In this document: piece by piece, positions 13,550 to 25,027 of the stretch
Numbering within the stretch: position 1 is the stretch's first letter
Layout of the letters: each line of letters starts with the position of its first letter
NCBI GenBank assembly: GCA_010015805.1
Contig: ML978125.1
Coordinates: forward strand, 806,001-870,000
Direction: 5' to 3'
From: Rhizodiscina lignyota
Taxonomy: Eukaryota
DNA: 64,000 nt
Notes under the pieces: generated by a model
Told to the model about the DNA's origin: nothing
The model's input: the letters and a program-made list of their open reading frames with translations, nothing else
The model's database searches: none
Translations under genes and position numbers: made by a program

Positions 13550-14299
13550 TAAGTTTCAATTGTTTTGTCCCTCAAAGGATGCCCAGGAATGATGTTAGAT
13601 TCCCATGTCAAAGAGCGAGTGATGATAGACAATCTATCCATGGTGATTTTCCACAACGAAGGATACGAGTCGTTAACGCTAGCTTGATGTCTTGAGCGAC
13701 GCTAGGAGAACTCCGCATATCGTATCGCCGAAATTAGTCTAGCGCGGTCAGCTCCAAAAGCTCTCCAACTGCCATTATCCTCTCAAAAGGGGCAATGACA
13801 CGAAAAACCACCTCAGATGTCCTCTCATGCCATCTGGCTGGACCCCGAGAGCAAGTGCCATTGCTCAAGCTCGTGGCTAAGATGCGTCAGAAGCATCTCA
13901 TGCAGTAATCATCATGGCTATTGCAGTTGGGCGGGCCGCCTCTCCCGCCTCAGGAGGCCCGCATTGCTCTGTACCCATTCTTGTCTAACCGCAATATCTC
14001 GACCCAGAAATTGTGCAGCTTCTTTTCTGGCCCATCTATGTCCCTTATCTCTGGAGCATGCCGTCCTCTAAGCAAAGGGCTGCTGATTGGAGCGTATCGT
14101 CCAACTGGCCAAGACATGCCAAAGGGGACACGCAACCTGGGAAGTGACTTCTCCACCTCGAAACTCGTGCACACTGGAAAGTTATAATGCCCCTCGCATT
14201 CTTCTCTTCTCATCTTTTAAAATCTTTCAATAGCTGCCTGAACTCGGGAAGAACTTACGTCGCTTTGCCTTTTGGTGGTCTATTTCCTAATTTCTTACA

Positions 14300-15343
14300 A
14301 TGACAACTCCTACTGCTTCGAAATCATCGATGAACGGGAACATCTGGGATCGTTTTTCCCTGAATGGGAGGAGTATCATAGGTAACGTCTTCGGACTCCT
14401 CAGCATCGCCCACTCCATAAATAAAATATCTGACTTTGCTATTCAGTCACCGGAGCTGTCGGAGGAATGGGTGTACAAGTCGTCAGAGGCATCCTGGAAG
14501 CGGGAGGTGACGTGGTATGCATCGACCGAGTGGAAATACCAAACGCGTCTGATTGGGGTGAGTAACGCTTCCAAGCTTTCGTTTTGATGCCAATCTGTCC
14601 GCCGAGAATACTGACAAATAAATCCACATAGAGAGGTCAGAAGCGATAGCATCAAGCAGCGGATCCAAGTTGTCTTACTACAAATGCGACGTTTCAGATG
14701 TCGAAGGGACTTACACCGTCTTTGAAGCTGCTCTATCACAAGCTCGTTACCCACTGAGAGGCTTGGTAACGTGTGCGGGAATCGGCTGGGTTGGTCCTTC
14801 GATTAGCTTTCCGATTGACGAAGCTCGACGTATCGTCGAAGTCAATCTTCTAGGCACTTTGATATGTGCGCAAGCGGCTGCGCGCCTGGTTTTCAAGAAC
14901 CAGTTCTCCGCCAGCTTTGTCTTTATTGCAAGCATGAGCGGCTACATCGTTAACAAGGTTAGCCACCATCGATGTGCGGTTGGCACATTAGAATAAACAA
15001 AGCTAACATGCGGGTCGAATAGGGCTCACCAAACACGGCGTACGCTGTTTCGAAAGCAGGAGTGCATCAGATCACACGAAATCTTGCCTCTGAATGGGCC
15101 TTTTCTAAAGATGCGCCCTCGATCCGAGTTAACTCCATTAGCCCGGGCGTGATCAGAACGCCAATGACCTCCAAGGAACTTGCAAAGTCCGACTTGGAAC
15201 GGATCTGGACGGAGGAAAGTATGCTGAAGCGCCTTTCAGACCCCGAGGATTATCAAGGCCCTGTAAATTTTCTGCTATCTGATGCAAGTGCGTATGTGAC
15301 TGCTGCGGACTTGCGGGTTGATGGGGGCTACACTGCATGGTAA
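14300..15343 (+). CDS. Short-chain dehydrogenase/reductase, polyol dehydrogenase/ketose reductase-like (D-arabinitol dehydrogenase/sorbose reductase group), probably NAD(H)-preferring
   Basis: Spliced VTGAVGGMG; VVCID (acidic residue ending beta2); IASMSG; YAVSK catalytic YxxxK; NSISPG; DLRVDGGYTAW; 3 introns. Confidence 0.88.
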
Positions 15344-15429
15344 ACTACGGATTACGGAGGAGATGTTAACACACATCGAGCATAGAAACACTAGAAGAAG
15401 ATCATAAACGAAAGAGAATCTGAAGAAGT

Positions 15430-15930
15430 TACACTTACAGATATTTTCGTGTCAAGATCTGGACGTACTGGTCTGAATTCCTGATTCTGAGAGGAAAACA
15501 TGAGCGTGAGTCCTCAAGATCTTTGACCCAGAACATGTTTCAGGAACGGATCTCGCCTCTACGAAGCAGCTAGTTTCCAGTGAGCGAACGAGACCTGTAA
15601 CGGCATCCCTTTTCCGTGATAACGAGGAGAAAATCTTCTAAGGTAGGCTGGGCAAGCTACTCCCTGATAACTTCGAATGCGACTTCCCCAATACGAGGAG
15701 GCTTCTTGGAAGTACCAGGGGCAACTCTAATAGAGCGGCTCTGCAGACTGTTCGCTCGCTGGAAATTAGCTCCTTCGTGTGGCTCTCGAGTCTCAAACAG
15801 TCATGTTTCAAAATGCCACCTGCAGAACGCTCCTCTACTGCCATGCCAGCGCATGCTATATCATCTGATTCTCGTAATTGTCCCAGGTCTTCGTTCCCTC
15901 CAGCGTCTGATCGAATAGAGCTATATAGAA
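15430..15930 (-). pseudogene. Possible degraded coding relic
   Basis: Protein-like stretches (LFDQTLEGTKTWDNYENQMI*HALAWQ*RSVLQVAF*) broken by TAG/TGA stops that could derive from CAG/CGA. No recognisable family. Confidence 0.25.
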
Positions 15931-16104
15931 AGCCGCCAGGATCCTAGTAACTGCTGTTTAGTGTTTACCCCCTAAACCCACTCAGCGCGTCTATAACAAC
16001 GGTAGCTTTGCCGCCGAGGAGATGTACGCCCAACTTCCCACTACGCTACTGGACAGGTACCGTGTTGTATAAGCGTTACTCTTACTTAAATAACAGTAGT
16101 CAAA

Positions 16105-16190
16105 TAGCAGTAAAGTCTAACAAGTATAAAATTTAAACGATAATAAACCCCTGTAGTAGCAGTAAAGACTGACAAGTATCAGATCCAATC
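16105..16190. repeat. Short degenerate direct duplication (~52-bp period)
   Basis: TAGCAGTAAAGTCTAACAAGTAT versus TAGCAGTAAAGACTGACAAGTAT in TpA-rich sequence. Confidence 0.6.
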
Positions 16191-16261
16191 GACAGTAGCT
16201 CCCTTGATAACACTACAAGAGCTACAAGAGCCGCCGTCCCCAAAGAATCCTCAAACACATC

Positions 16262-16779
16262 CTATTTGTTTCCACACGGTTTATAACCACTTGTAGCCGT
16301 TGGCGATGTATCCACACAAAGCTGGGTGCCTGGACACATAGTTCCCGGGTAACCGGTGAAAAAAGATTGGTGCGCAGACTGGTAACAAGCATTCTAATAT
16401 ATATAAGTACTGTTCCTTAAATTCTGGTATATTACTTACGCAGTTGAAGATATTATCTGCCCCCACAGGGCACACGTACGAAAGGCTAGGGTTCTCTATC
16501 GAGCGACAGCGCTAAAGAGAGATTACTTATTAGAATGCAAAAGAGGTGAAGATGGAAGATATACTGTGTCGCCACCACTTTGGTCGATGTAGCAACCGTC
16601 TAGATATCGTTAACTTGGTCATCGCATAGGAGTAATTCGTATTGCTAGCACATACTAACTCCAACAAAAAGGCAATCGCACGAATCAGCTCGAGCAACTA
16701 GAGCGTGACTGCGGCCGATAGGGCCCGCGGACACAGAGCTGAGGGCTGTCGAAAGGATAAGAAGGAAGGTAGCCTGCAT
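16262..16779 (-). CDS. Small secreted cysteine-rich protein (~120 aa, 10 Cys), effector/antimicrobial candidate
   Basis: Exons 16779-16656, 16599-16565, 16511-16440 and 16393-16262 join in frame through GT-AG introns. Signal peptide MQATFLLILSTALSSVSA; pro-region ending LVAR; TATA-like TATATATA near 16938-16946. Confidence 0.8.
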
Positions 16780-17419
16780 TATGAATGAAAGTTTGTAATT
16801 TTTGAGGCTCAGAAAAGGAAGGAAGGAAGTAGTAATGAAATAAGGAAAATAGGGATAAAGAAAGAAGACAAGAAAATTTGCTAAGATATTGTTGTAAATT
16901 GTTGGGGTGAATTGTTTGACACGAGCAACGAAGCGAGTATATATATCCTGATCGAATCCCTAGATCGTCTCCCCATTAGAATCGGTGCAATCTTATCCGG
17001 TTCTTACGCAGTAGTGTACAAAGTGAGCGAGGCACCGATACCAGAGTTTTCCTATACAGTAAATCTCTGGCTCGTCCGTCTACCGCACCCTGGTAAGCCT
17101 TGCATATAATTTTCACTGAAATCTGCGGTATATATAGCACAACTTGTATCCTCTTTTGGCATCCCCGCTGCGCAAGAGACATGAGTAGATGCGGAGAGTT
17201 GTACTGGCACCGGAAGAAGTCTGAGGGAACGGAACTTCTGGGATAGAGTAGGATAATGTTAAGCATATTCAGCGCAGGACACTTACTCTAGTCATGTCAC
17301 AATGTTTCTTAATAACTTAAAAAGGACAATCAACAATACCTGATACAGCGCTTTTCGGGTTCGCAGTCACCCCCTTAATCTTAACGGATCGTTTGGGGAG
17401 ATAACAAGGAGAAGTCACA

Positions 17420-18208
17420 TCATGTCAGGGATTGAGGCCGATCAGGTACCGTAGCAATCGGCGACATTCGCTTTGCGCTAAAAACGGGTGGCTATACACA
17501 GATATCTTTCAACCAATAGATCAATCGTAATATAGAGGTAGTGGATACCTCCCCACAGCTCAAGTTAGGGGAGGCGTGAGATTATAGTCGCCCGATTTTA
17601 GCGTAAAGCGAACGTTGCTAGTTGTTACGGTATTGGTCAAAAGATATCTGTGCACAGCCACCCATTTTTAACGCAAAGCGAATGTCGCCGATTGCTACAG
17701 TACGATCTTTGGTCAACGAGCATTCCCGCCGACGTCGAGGCTACGAGTCCGTGAACGACATGCCGATACTGGACGCGAACGACCGGTTCTACAGGACTCT
17801 CGGTGGACAGCTGTCGGATCGCTCATGCGAAATCCCTGATTCACGCGCATCTGGGTCTTGCAGGAGACCGGCATCGCAAGCCACCCGGTTGTCTACTACG
17901 GCCGGCTGGAGTTCGACTATCGTGGCCTCATGCACATGTCTAGATGGGTCACGCACTGCGTGCCGCAGCTTCAGACGGCTTACAGCGTCTCAATAGTCTC
18001 GATCCACCTTGAATGGGGATATTGGACCAACACGTGGCGGGAGGGACAAAGCTCGCGGTCGTGCGGCGTCGTGGATCTGCTCAGCAATGTCAAATGCCTG
18101 GGCTGCAGTGAGCCTTGGGATCGCATCTACGCGTTGCTGGGGCACCCTTTGCTGCAGAAGCCAGACGGCAGAGGTAAAGTTGTAGAGGTGGAATACGAGA
18201 CGCCTTAG
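17420..18208 (+). pseudogene. HET-domain (heterokaryon incompatibility, het-6-like) pseudogene
   Basis: LMRNP*FTRIWVLQETGIA, with the conserved Trp now TGA at 17837-17839; CSEPWDRIYALLGHP; frameshift near 17790; interrupted by the MITE; N-terminal HET motifs not found. Confidence 0.8.
17449..17700. mobile_element. 252-bp MITE (Tc1/mariner-type) with 70-bp terminal inverted repeats and TA target-site duplication
   Basis: 17449-17518 is the reverse complement of 17631-17700 at 63 of 70 positions, all mismatches transitions. TA at 17447-17448 and 17701-17702. Removing the element restores GAT CAG GTA CGA TCT (DQVRS). Confidence 0.88.
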
Positions 18209-18684
18209 AGTACACGCTGTCTCCAATGGAATGTTGGCAAGGCTCGCTCCACTTTTTATTCTCGTTAATAATCCTGTCGCGGCCACAATTGTCGATCCAA
18301 AGAAAGAAGAATTTGCGAGAATACAGGTACTCACTGGTGCTGTCACAGCCGGGAGCGTGGTACCCATTCTCTTAGTTCGATTGGCAATATCCAGAAAGAT
18401 ATTCGATAGGGTGTGATACAACTGGCCCGTCAGCTATATATATGGCATATTATGTCAGAACTCGTAACCGAAAAAGAAAGAGGAGCTGAAGTACTATGCG
18501 ATTTGTTTTCTTGTTTGTTACTTGTCTCTATGTTCTAGTTAGTTCATTGAACGATATCGTCCCTTCTGGGGACCGTCCTAAGCTTCTGCGAGCCGCAAAA
18601 CTTAATTGATAGGTGTCCGTATCCAGGCACTCTGACCCCTCTTACTTGTGCCTCGACATTTGCGTAGGCCATAAAATCAGGCGG

Positions 18685-19027
18685 TCACTCTCCAATGACA
18701 TATGTACAGCCCTCTGAACCCATCCAGACCTCATGTTGCCTACCAGCATCAACATCAACCCTAGCGCCAGGTCCGAACGTCTCTTTCGCAGGCTCTTTGT
18801 CTTTGGGATACGTGATAGTGAGGTCGCCGCGAAGAATCAAATGTGTGGTGAGTCCGCTGTGTGAGTGAGGGGGATAGTACGCATTACTGTGAGCAGTTAA
18901 TCTCTCATATGTACGTGTAGAAGCGCAGCAGAACGAAGACTTACGGCCCGTCTGTCCAGGTGAAGACGTGTCTGAAGCCCCACGATCGCACGTCTGCTTC
19001 GGCCTCGCGTTGAGACTTTCCAGCCAT
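18685..19027 (-). CDS. Small cupin-fold protein (~94 aa)
   Basis: Exons 19027-18945 and 18886-18685: MAGKSQREAEADVRSWGFRHVFTWTDGPNAYYPPHSHSGLTTHLILRGDLTI...VDVDAGRQHEVWMGSEGCTYVIGE. HxH...H cupin pattern. Absent from the ORF track. Confidence 0.85.
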
Positions 19028-19679
19028 CTTGATACCTTTATAGGTTCTGGTGCTCAGTAGAATAATCAAAAGTGACGGAGGTGGATGGGATGCGGCAACG
19101 AATCATAGTGTCAGTCACGCCGCGCGCCAACCCCGCACCCAAGCAATGCGGACACGTGCGGAGTGCTTATGGGTACCTGTGTACCGGATCTGCGGTACAT
19201 AGTTCCGGAAATTTCGGTGCGTGGCAAGCCTAGTCGTTCGAGCACTCGACTTTTCAAATCTCTTAATTACCACGCTAATCTATATTATCGCAACTCTAAT
19301 GTATTCTCACATGAACAACCAATATACCAATGTCTCAGTCTCTCGACAACCATTTTCTTCAGAGGCCAGACTGTTTGGGGCCAAGTTCTTTTATGGCGTT
19401 CGTCCACCAGTAAGTAGGGAAGGGTCGCACACATCGACGATCGTTAACATTGCGCGTGACGGGGCGCGTTTGGGAATCACATCGGCGCAAGGAAGTACTA
19501 TGGTAATCTTCGAATCAGACCGAATTCAAGGTTTTCCGTATTTTCAAGGATGAGACGTCATACGCGGTAATGTTGTATGCCCCGGGTATTTAAGTTGAGG
19601 CAGACTCAGACATGCAGACAAAACAATTCGGTTTAATATCATACATAAACATCATATTATCTGAAAGGAAATTATCACC

Positions 19680-19995
19680 ATGGACTCTCAAGGCGCCAAG
19701 TCGGTCATGTCTGAGGACATGAAAGACCTTACACGCGGCGAAGAAGATATTTCCCATTCCGTCCAGGGCCACAAGGCTAACCTCTCAAACCCAAGTACGA
19801 TAGAGTGTTTCATATTCTTTACTTAGTGATACGAGTGATTGCTAATAGCGCAAAGATACATCAGAGAAATCCAAAGCGGCCAGTCGTGAAGCCATCAAGG
19901 CTATGGGAGGAGATGCAGCCCATTACGGAGACGAGGAGAATCCAAGGACGGAGAACGCTGCGGAGAACTTGGAGGGAAGCCAGGTTGCGAAGTAG
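19680..19995 (+). CDS. Con-6-like conidiation/stress protein (~84 aa)
   Basis: Exons 19680-19794 and 19856-19995; spliced GHKANLSNPNTSEKSKAASRE resembles the Con-6 motif; hydrophilic. Confidence 0.75.
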
Positions 19996-20319
19996 AAGAA
20001 CTGTAGCGAGCGAAGGGACATAGGATGAGACCAACTGTTGAGGTATTGGCGGACCTTAAATTTGAATTAATTGATACCAGAAGCAGGAACATCATCGAAA
20101 ATTGCGTTCATGAGAGCAGAATGTGCAACAAAATAGTCGATTTGAATTCTACATATCAGAGCATTTGACTCCTCCAGATATGGATCGCTATGAGCACCAC
20201 TATTGGTAACGCTGGGGAAGAGCTTAGAGCAGTGACTTGATGAAATAAGGATTCAAACGAGACTCCAAACTTGAATGAAAAAAACGCCAGATGTCCCATT
20301 CCAGGATGGTCTCGGTATC

Positions 20320-21420
20320 TCACGCCGTGACAACTGGCCAGCCTGATGAAAAGTCCAAATAGTTGTAGCCGAATTTAAAATTCTGCATCTGATACGGGTC
20401 TTGAATTGTCGGGTCAACTAAGAATTGGTTAGTTTCGTATATGCTTCATTTTTACTTTAGCAACATACCGTAGTGATAGTACATCACCGGGGCCTTCAAA
20501 CTGTTATCGGCAACGACACTCTGGCCTCCAGGAGCGTACACATGGTCTCCATGCGAACCGAGAACAAGCGTGCCGCCATCTTGGTTCAAACAACTTCGTC
20601 CCGCTTTGTCTGTGAATGGACCTGTTGGTTTGCTTGACCGACACACCATAACCTTATATTCCTGGCCTTGCGGAGGGAGTGTTGGCGGTCGCTGGCAACA
20701 TGCTCCACTTGAGAAGAAGAGATAGTAATATTTGGTCTCGCCCACGGTGTTTGCGAAGAGGAAGCTACCCTCCGTAACATTTCGTGTAGAATTATACGCG
20801 ATATTCGACGGGGGGCCTGCATTAGGGGCTTGTTTGAGGAACGTGTTATCCATCTGGGTCTGAAAGATGTCGCGCCAATAGCTTCCAAACTGAAGGAGTC
20901 GCGTATCGCCATCGTGGAACAAGTTAGGGTCAATCTCATTGTAACCGGCGGAGCTCAGATCCTTCGGAATGCCGGTGCTCCCATGGTCAGTCCAAGAGCC
21001 TGCGTCCATGGTTGTTGAGGTGGCAACGCCTATCTCGCTGTTCTGTTTGCCTGTCTCGCTAATGGCATCGTAGACATGGTATGCGCCATCGACATAAGAC
21101 GCGTCCGGTGCCCATATATCAGAAGCGGGTTGGGGATTATAGATTTGGAGTTTACTCCCGTTCGGCAGGAAGGAGCCTACATAGGTCCATGGTCCGCCGA
21201 TGCCTGGAGAGGAGAAGTAGCGGCCAGCGTTCGAACAGAATCTGTACCATTTTCCTGAGGTCTGATGTTTGACGATGGAAGGATCGTGACAGTTGGAGAG
21301 GTTCCCGCTCACTGGCAAAGGCTCTGGGAAGCCTTCTTGCCGCTTTGAGTTTAGGGTCAGCGGAGAGGCAGCCACAAACGATGTGAGGAATAAGAGATAC
21401 GCAATAAGACACTTCATCAT
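20320..21420 (-). CDS. Secreted GH43 endo-1,5-alpha-L-arabinanase
   Basis: Signal peptide; KR pro-site; HDPS, WAPD, IDPN, FGSYW, TEGS, YAPGGQ; last exon after a short intron ends LDFSSGWPVVTA*. Confidence 0.9.
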
Positions 21421-22128
21421 GAAAAGAAATAGAGGAGAACTGACGGTGACAGATTCGCCTTCTCAAGAAACTGGTTTCTCTTATACATTATACACAAGCT
21501 TGTCTTATCTCTGGCTGCTGTTCAGTCATACGCTCCAGCAGCGCCTCTTTAAGGCAGTTCGACATTTATGGCAAAATCGGCCGCTCGAAGGTTTCACAGA
21601 ACCTTTTTAGATGATGGCAATGAATCCCGCCCGACCGGACAGGGCTGAAAAGATGGTAGGAGGACGCAAAGCAGGTCGTCTATTCGTCGAGTGGAAGATT
21701 TGACGAGGGTGAGGATGGCGGTGTACGCCAAATGAGGCGAAGGCAGCGGAGCCCGAACGGTAAGACGGACTTGATGTTATACTACTGCCACCAGGAACAC
21801 TCAATTCGTGAGTTTTCCTTAATTTTTATAACGTTCGAGTATGGATCTGGAGAGCAGAGTTTGATCGACATCTTCGCATGGGATTTTCCAATTGCCTATC
21901 ATCATGTGCGCCCTCTTCAGGGATCCTCCAGTCCAGACTGCCCCACGCTTTCACTACGTCATAGCAGAATTTGATGATACCCATCCAACTGCAAGTCTAT
22001 TTCTTAGATTTCAATACGCTGATTGAGAACTCTGCTTTTTCAAGTCTTGTGCTATCTTCTTCAACCCTCAGCTATCTCACATCGCGCCATAAACTTCTCA
22101 GAGCATTGCACTCTCTACAGCTTCAAAG

Positions 22129-22758
22129 ATGTCTGCTTTCAACCAGTCTATGCCATCCCAGCCCTCCAAATCAACTGCCTACGAAACGGGCGACAATCCC
22201 GTCTCAAAAGAGCCCGCCGAAGCACGAGCTGCCCAGTACAATGACTCTTCGGATTCGTATCCAACTGAGCAGCGCATGCCGCAACAGCAATCTGGATCCA
22301 TTGATGACGCGACGCCTTCAGCGATGGGCCAGGGCATTCGTGGCGCCGGGGCTGGAGAAGAAGCGAGAGGATATGGAGAGGAGGATGTAGGCAGGCACCA
22401 GGAGTTAGATGCACAGCAAATGGCAGCACCAGGAGAAGGTGAAGTCGCAAGCGCAGTAGAGGGAAAAACAAAGAGAGGAGCGAGTGGACAGCAGGAGGAT
22501 TTAGTGGCGGATATTGACAGGTGAGTGAACTTCTTGATAATGGATGCACACACCTTTTGCGGAAAGGAAGGCAGTTGGATGATATCTGTTCCGCTAACGG
22601 TTGTGGCGATATACAGGAAGAAAGCTGAGCAAGCACCTTACCGTGACGCGATCCAGGAGTCAAGAAGAGAGGATGTAGATGTCGGCGGAGTTCTTGGCCA
22701 GCGTGGCGGACCTGCGAATCCAGTCGACCAAGGTGGATATCCCAACTCTGGGGATTAG
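22129..22758 (+). CDS. Hydrophilic Gly/Glu/Gln-rich hypothetical protein (hydrophilin/stress-protein-like)
   Basis: ORF 22129 plus a GTGAGT...CTAAC...CAG intron (about 22521-22616) joining DIDR|KKAEQ. Confidence 0.75.
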
Positions 22759-23821
22759 GACATTGTGCAGGTGATTTTAAGGCAGCGCGATGGTCGCTTG
22801 GGAAGGAAGGTCGGAAAAGTGAGTCTTCAGACTTGTCCGGAGGTAATGCACTCAAGGGCATGCTCATAATCTATTACCTGTGGAACCGTTCAATTCACTG
22901 TGCCCCTCTGAATATAAGAGCTGTCGTAAGTGATACTTTCTGATTGGTCGACCACATAAGATGTGAGGCATCCGAGGCATCCGCAAACCCAGCATCCAAT
23001 CAAGACCAGCGAACTATACAAACACAGAGCACAACTGTGAAGAAGATATATCGAGCAAACATCCTAAGCAGAGTCGATGGTTAGCACATGAAGTGGTTGC
23101 GCCTTCACGGCCATGGACTGGAATGGCCGGCCGTTTTGTAAAGAATTCCACAGTCGTAGAGATCCAGCAGAAAGGAAACTTCAAGACGTAAATGCCAGTG
23201 CATCTTAGTAAGTCGCGTAGCAATCAAGGAGCTCCGGCGCGGTGCTGAACCATGCTCAACATTTATAGGAGGGAGCAGTCTTAAAGGCGTCCTCTGGCCG
23301 CAGAGGAGGCTCGCGGAGATAGAAGAGCTATTCTTTTGGCTTGGATCGTTCAAGAGGCACGTGATTGAACTCGGCAGCAGCCATCTTCCAGGTTAATGGC
23401 CGCTTTACTCCGTACCGACCTTCGATAATATTCTCTGGCGATGTCAGTAATGAGAACGACTCGACGCGTCTCCGGCTCTCGGCGCCTCTTGCCCAATCGT
23501 CGGTACGAAGTAGGTACCTGTTTCGCACCGGGAACCACAATCAATCTTCGGTACGTACCCGCCCAGCCCAGGGACCCTTGCACGCGCAGCTTAGGGGCCT
23601 CGGCAGCTCAACAAATTGAAAGGATCCACAAACGGACGGGATCCATCTTGCCTAAGACAATGCCTGCCTTGTGTGCATCTCATCTGACGACAGCGAAGCA
23701 CACGACCACCTCACACGCAGTTACCTCCTCTGCTCAACTCTCTACATAACAAGATGTGCTAGCTCCACCGCGATAGCTCCACCGCGCCTATTCTTCATTC
23801 ATCTCAGTAAATAACACGAAA

Positions 23822-25027
23822 ATGCGCGATCCGTTTCCGCTGCCTGCGCCCGCCGCGCTGAAGCGTCTCGTCGAGCCGTTCTCGAGCTATTTCTCCCTCA
23901 CAACGCTTCCTCTGCACATTCACGAACTCTTGTTCGCGACGCTACTCTATACCTTCATCCAGCTATATGTCTCGCCTCTTATCTCACCCATCATCTTTCC
24001 GAAAACGTACCCAAAGCTTAACAAGCGCACAAAGCTCAACTGGGATGTACACGTCGTGAGCATCATTCAGAGTGTGCTGATATCCGCGCTAAGCTTTTGG
24101 GTGATGGCGGAGGACCAGGAGAGAAAGACTATGCCGTGGTTGGAGCGTGTTCATGGATATACGCCAGCTGTGGGCATGGTTGCGGCCTTTGGGTGCGGGT
24201 ATTTCTTGTGGGATCTCATGATCACTACGTGGAACGTCTCCATATTTGGCGTTGGGATGTGGGCGCACGCATTTTCCGCGCTGACCGTTTTCTCGCTGGG
24301 CTTTGTGCGTTCCATATCCCAGACTTCTCAGCTCTCAAGCTTGACGAAGCAGCGAGAACCAGACTAACAGAAATCATGTGAACAGAGACCATTCCTCTAC
24401 TATTATTGCCCAACTTTCCTCCTCTACGAGCTATCCTCCCCATTCCTCAATATCCACTGGTTCCTCGACAAGCTCGACATGACCGGCTCACTCCCGCAAT
24501 TCATCAACGGCTTCGCCCTGCTGGGCACATTTGCTGGCTGCCGCCTCATCTGGGGCACGTACAGCTCTATCTGGGTTTTCACCGACGTGTACCGCGCCTG
24601 GCGGCAAGGTATGATCACGCCTGAGCTCTGGGCGCGCGACGCTGGCATGAACCCGGAAATGGAAGCTATCTTGAGGAGCCAGACGGGACTCGGTAACAAA
24701 GCAGACGAGGTCATGATATACGCGGCCGGAAGGGACGTACCGACTTGGCTGGCGCTTAGCTATCTGGCCAGCAACATCACGCTCAATACGCTGAACTGGT
24801 ACTGGTTCGCAAAGATGATCGCAACGGTCCGAAAGCGGTTCGATCCGCCGTTCGGCACACGCAAGCCGGATGAAAAGGAGGCGAATGGAAGCATGGACTT
24901 GGATGTCCAACTTGGTCGAAGTGTGTATGAAGATGGGACGAGAGGAGTTGAGGTGAGTAGCACAGAGGTGCGGAAGAGGAAGGCGAAGAAGGAGATGGAC
25001 GAGGATGAGGAGCAAGTTATATTATAA
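23822..25027 (+). CDS. TLC-domain (TRAM/LAG1/CLN8; DUF887-type) membrane protein
   Basis: NWDVHVVS, GYFLWD, spliced RPF...LYELSSPFLNIHWFLDK, LNWYWFAKMI; intron 24305-24385. Confidence 0.88.

Noticed and set aside
20320..21420. GH43 arabinanase as part of the aldolase-TF-SDR unit
   Set aside because: Separated by about 5 kb containing unrelated genes and a TE; no shared motif seen, so the linkage is unsupported.
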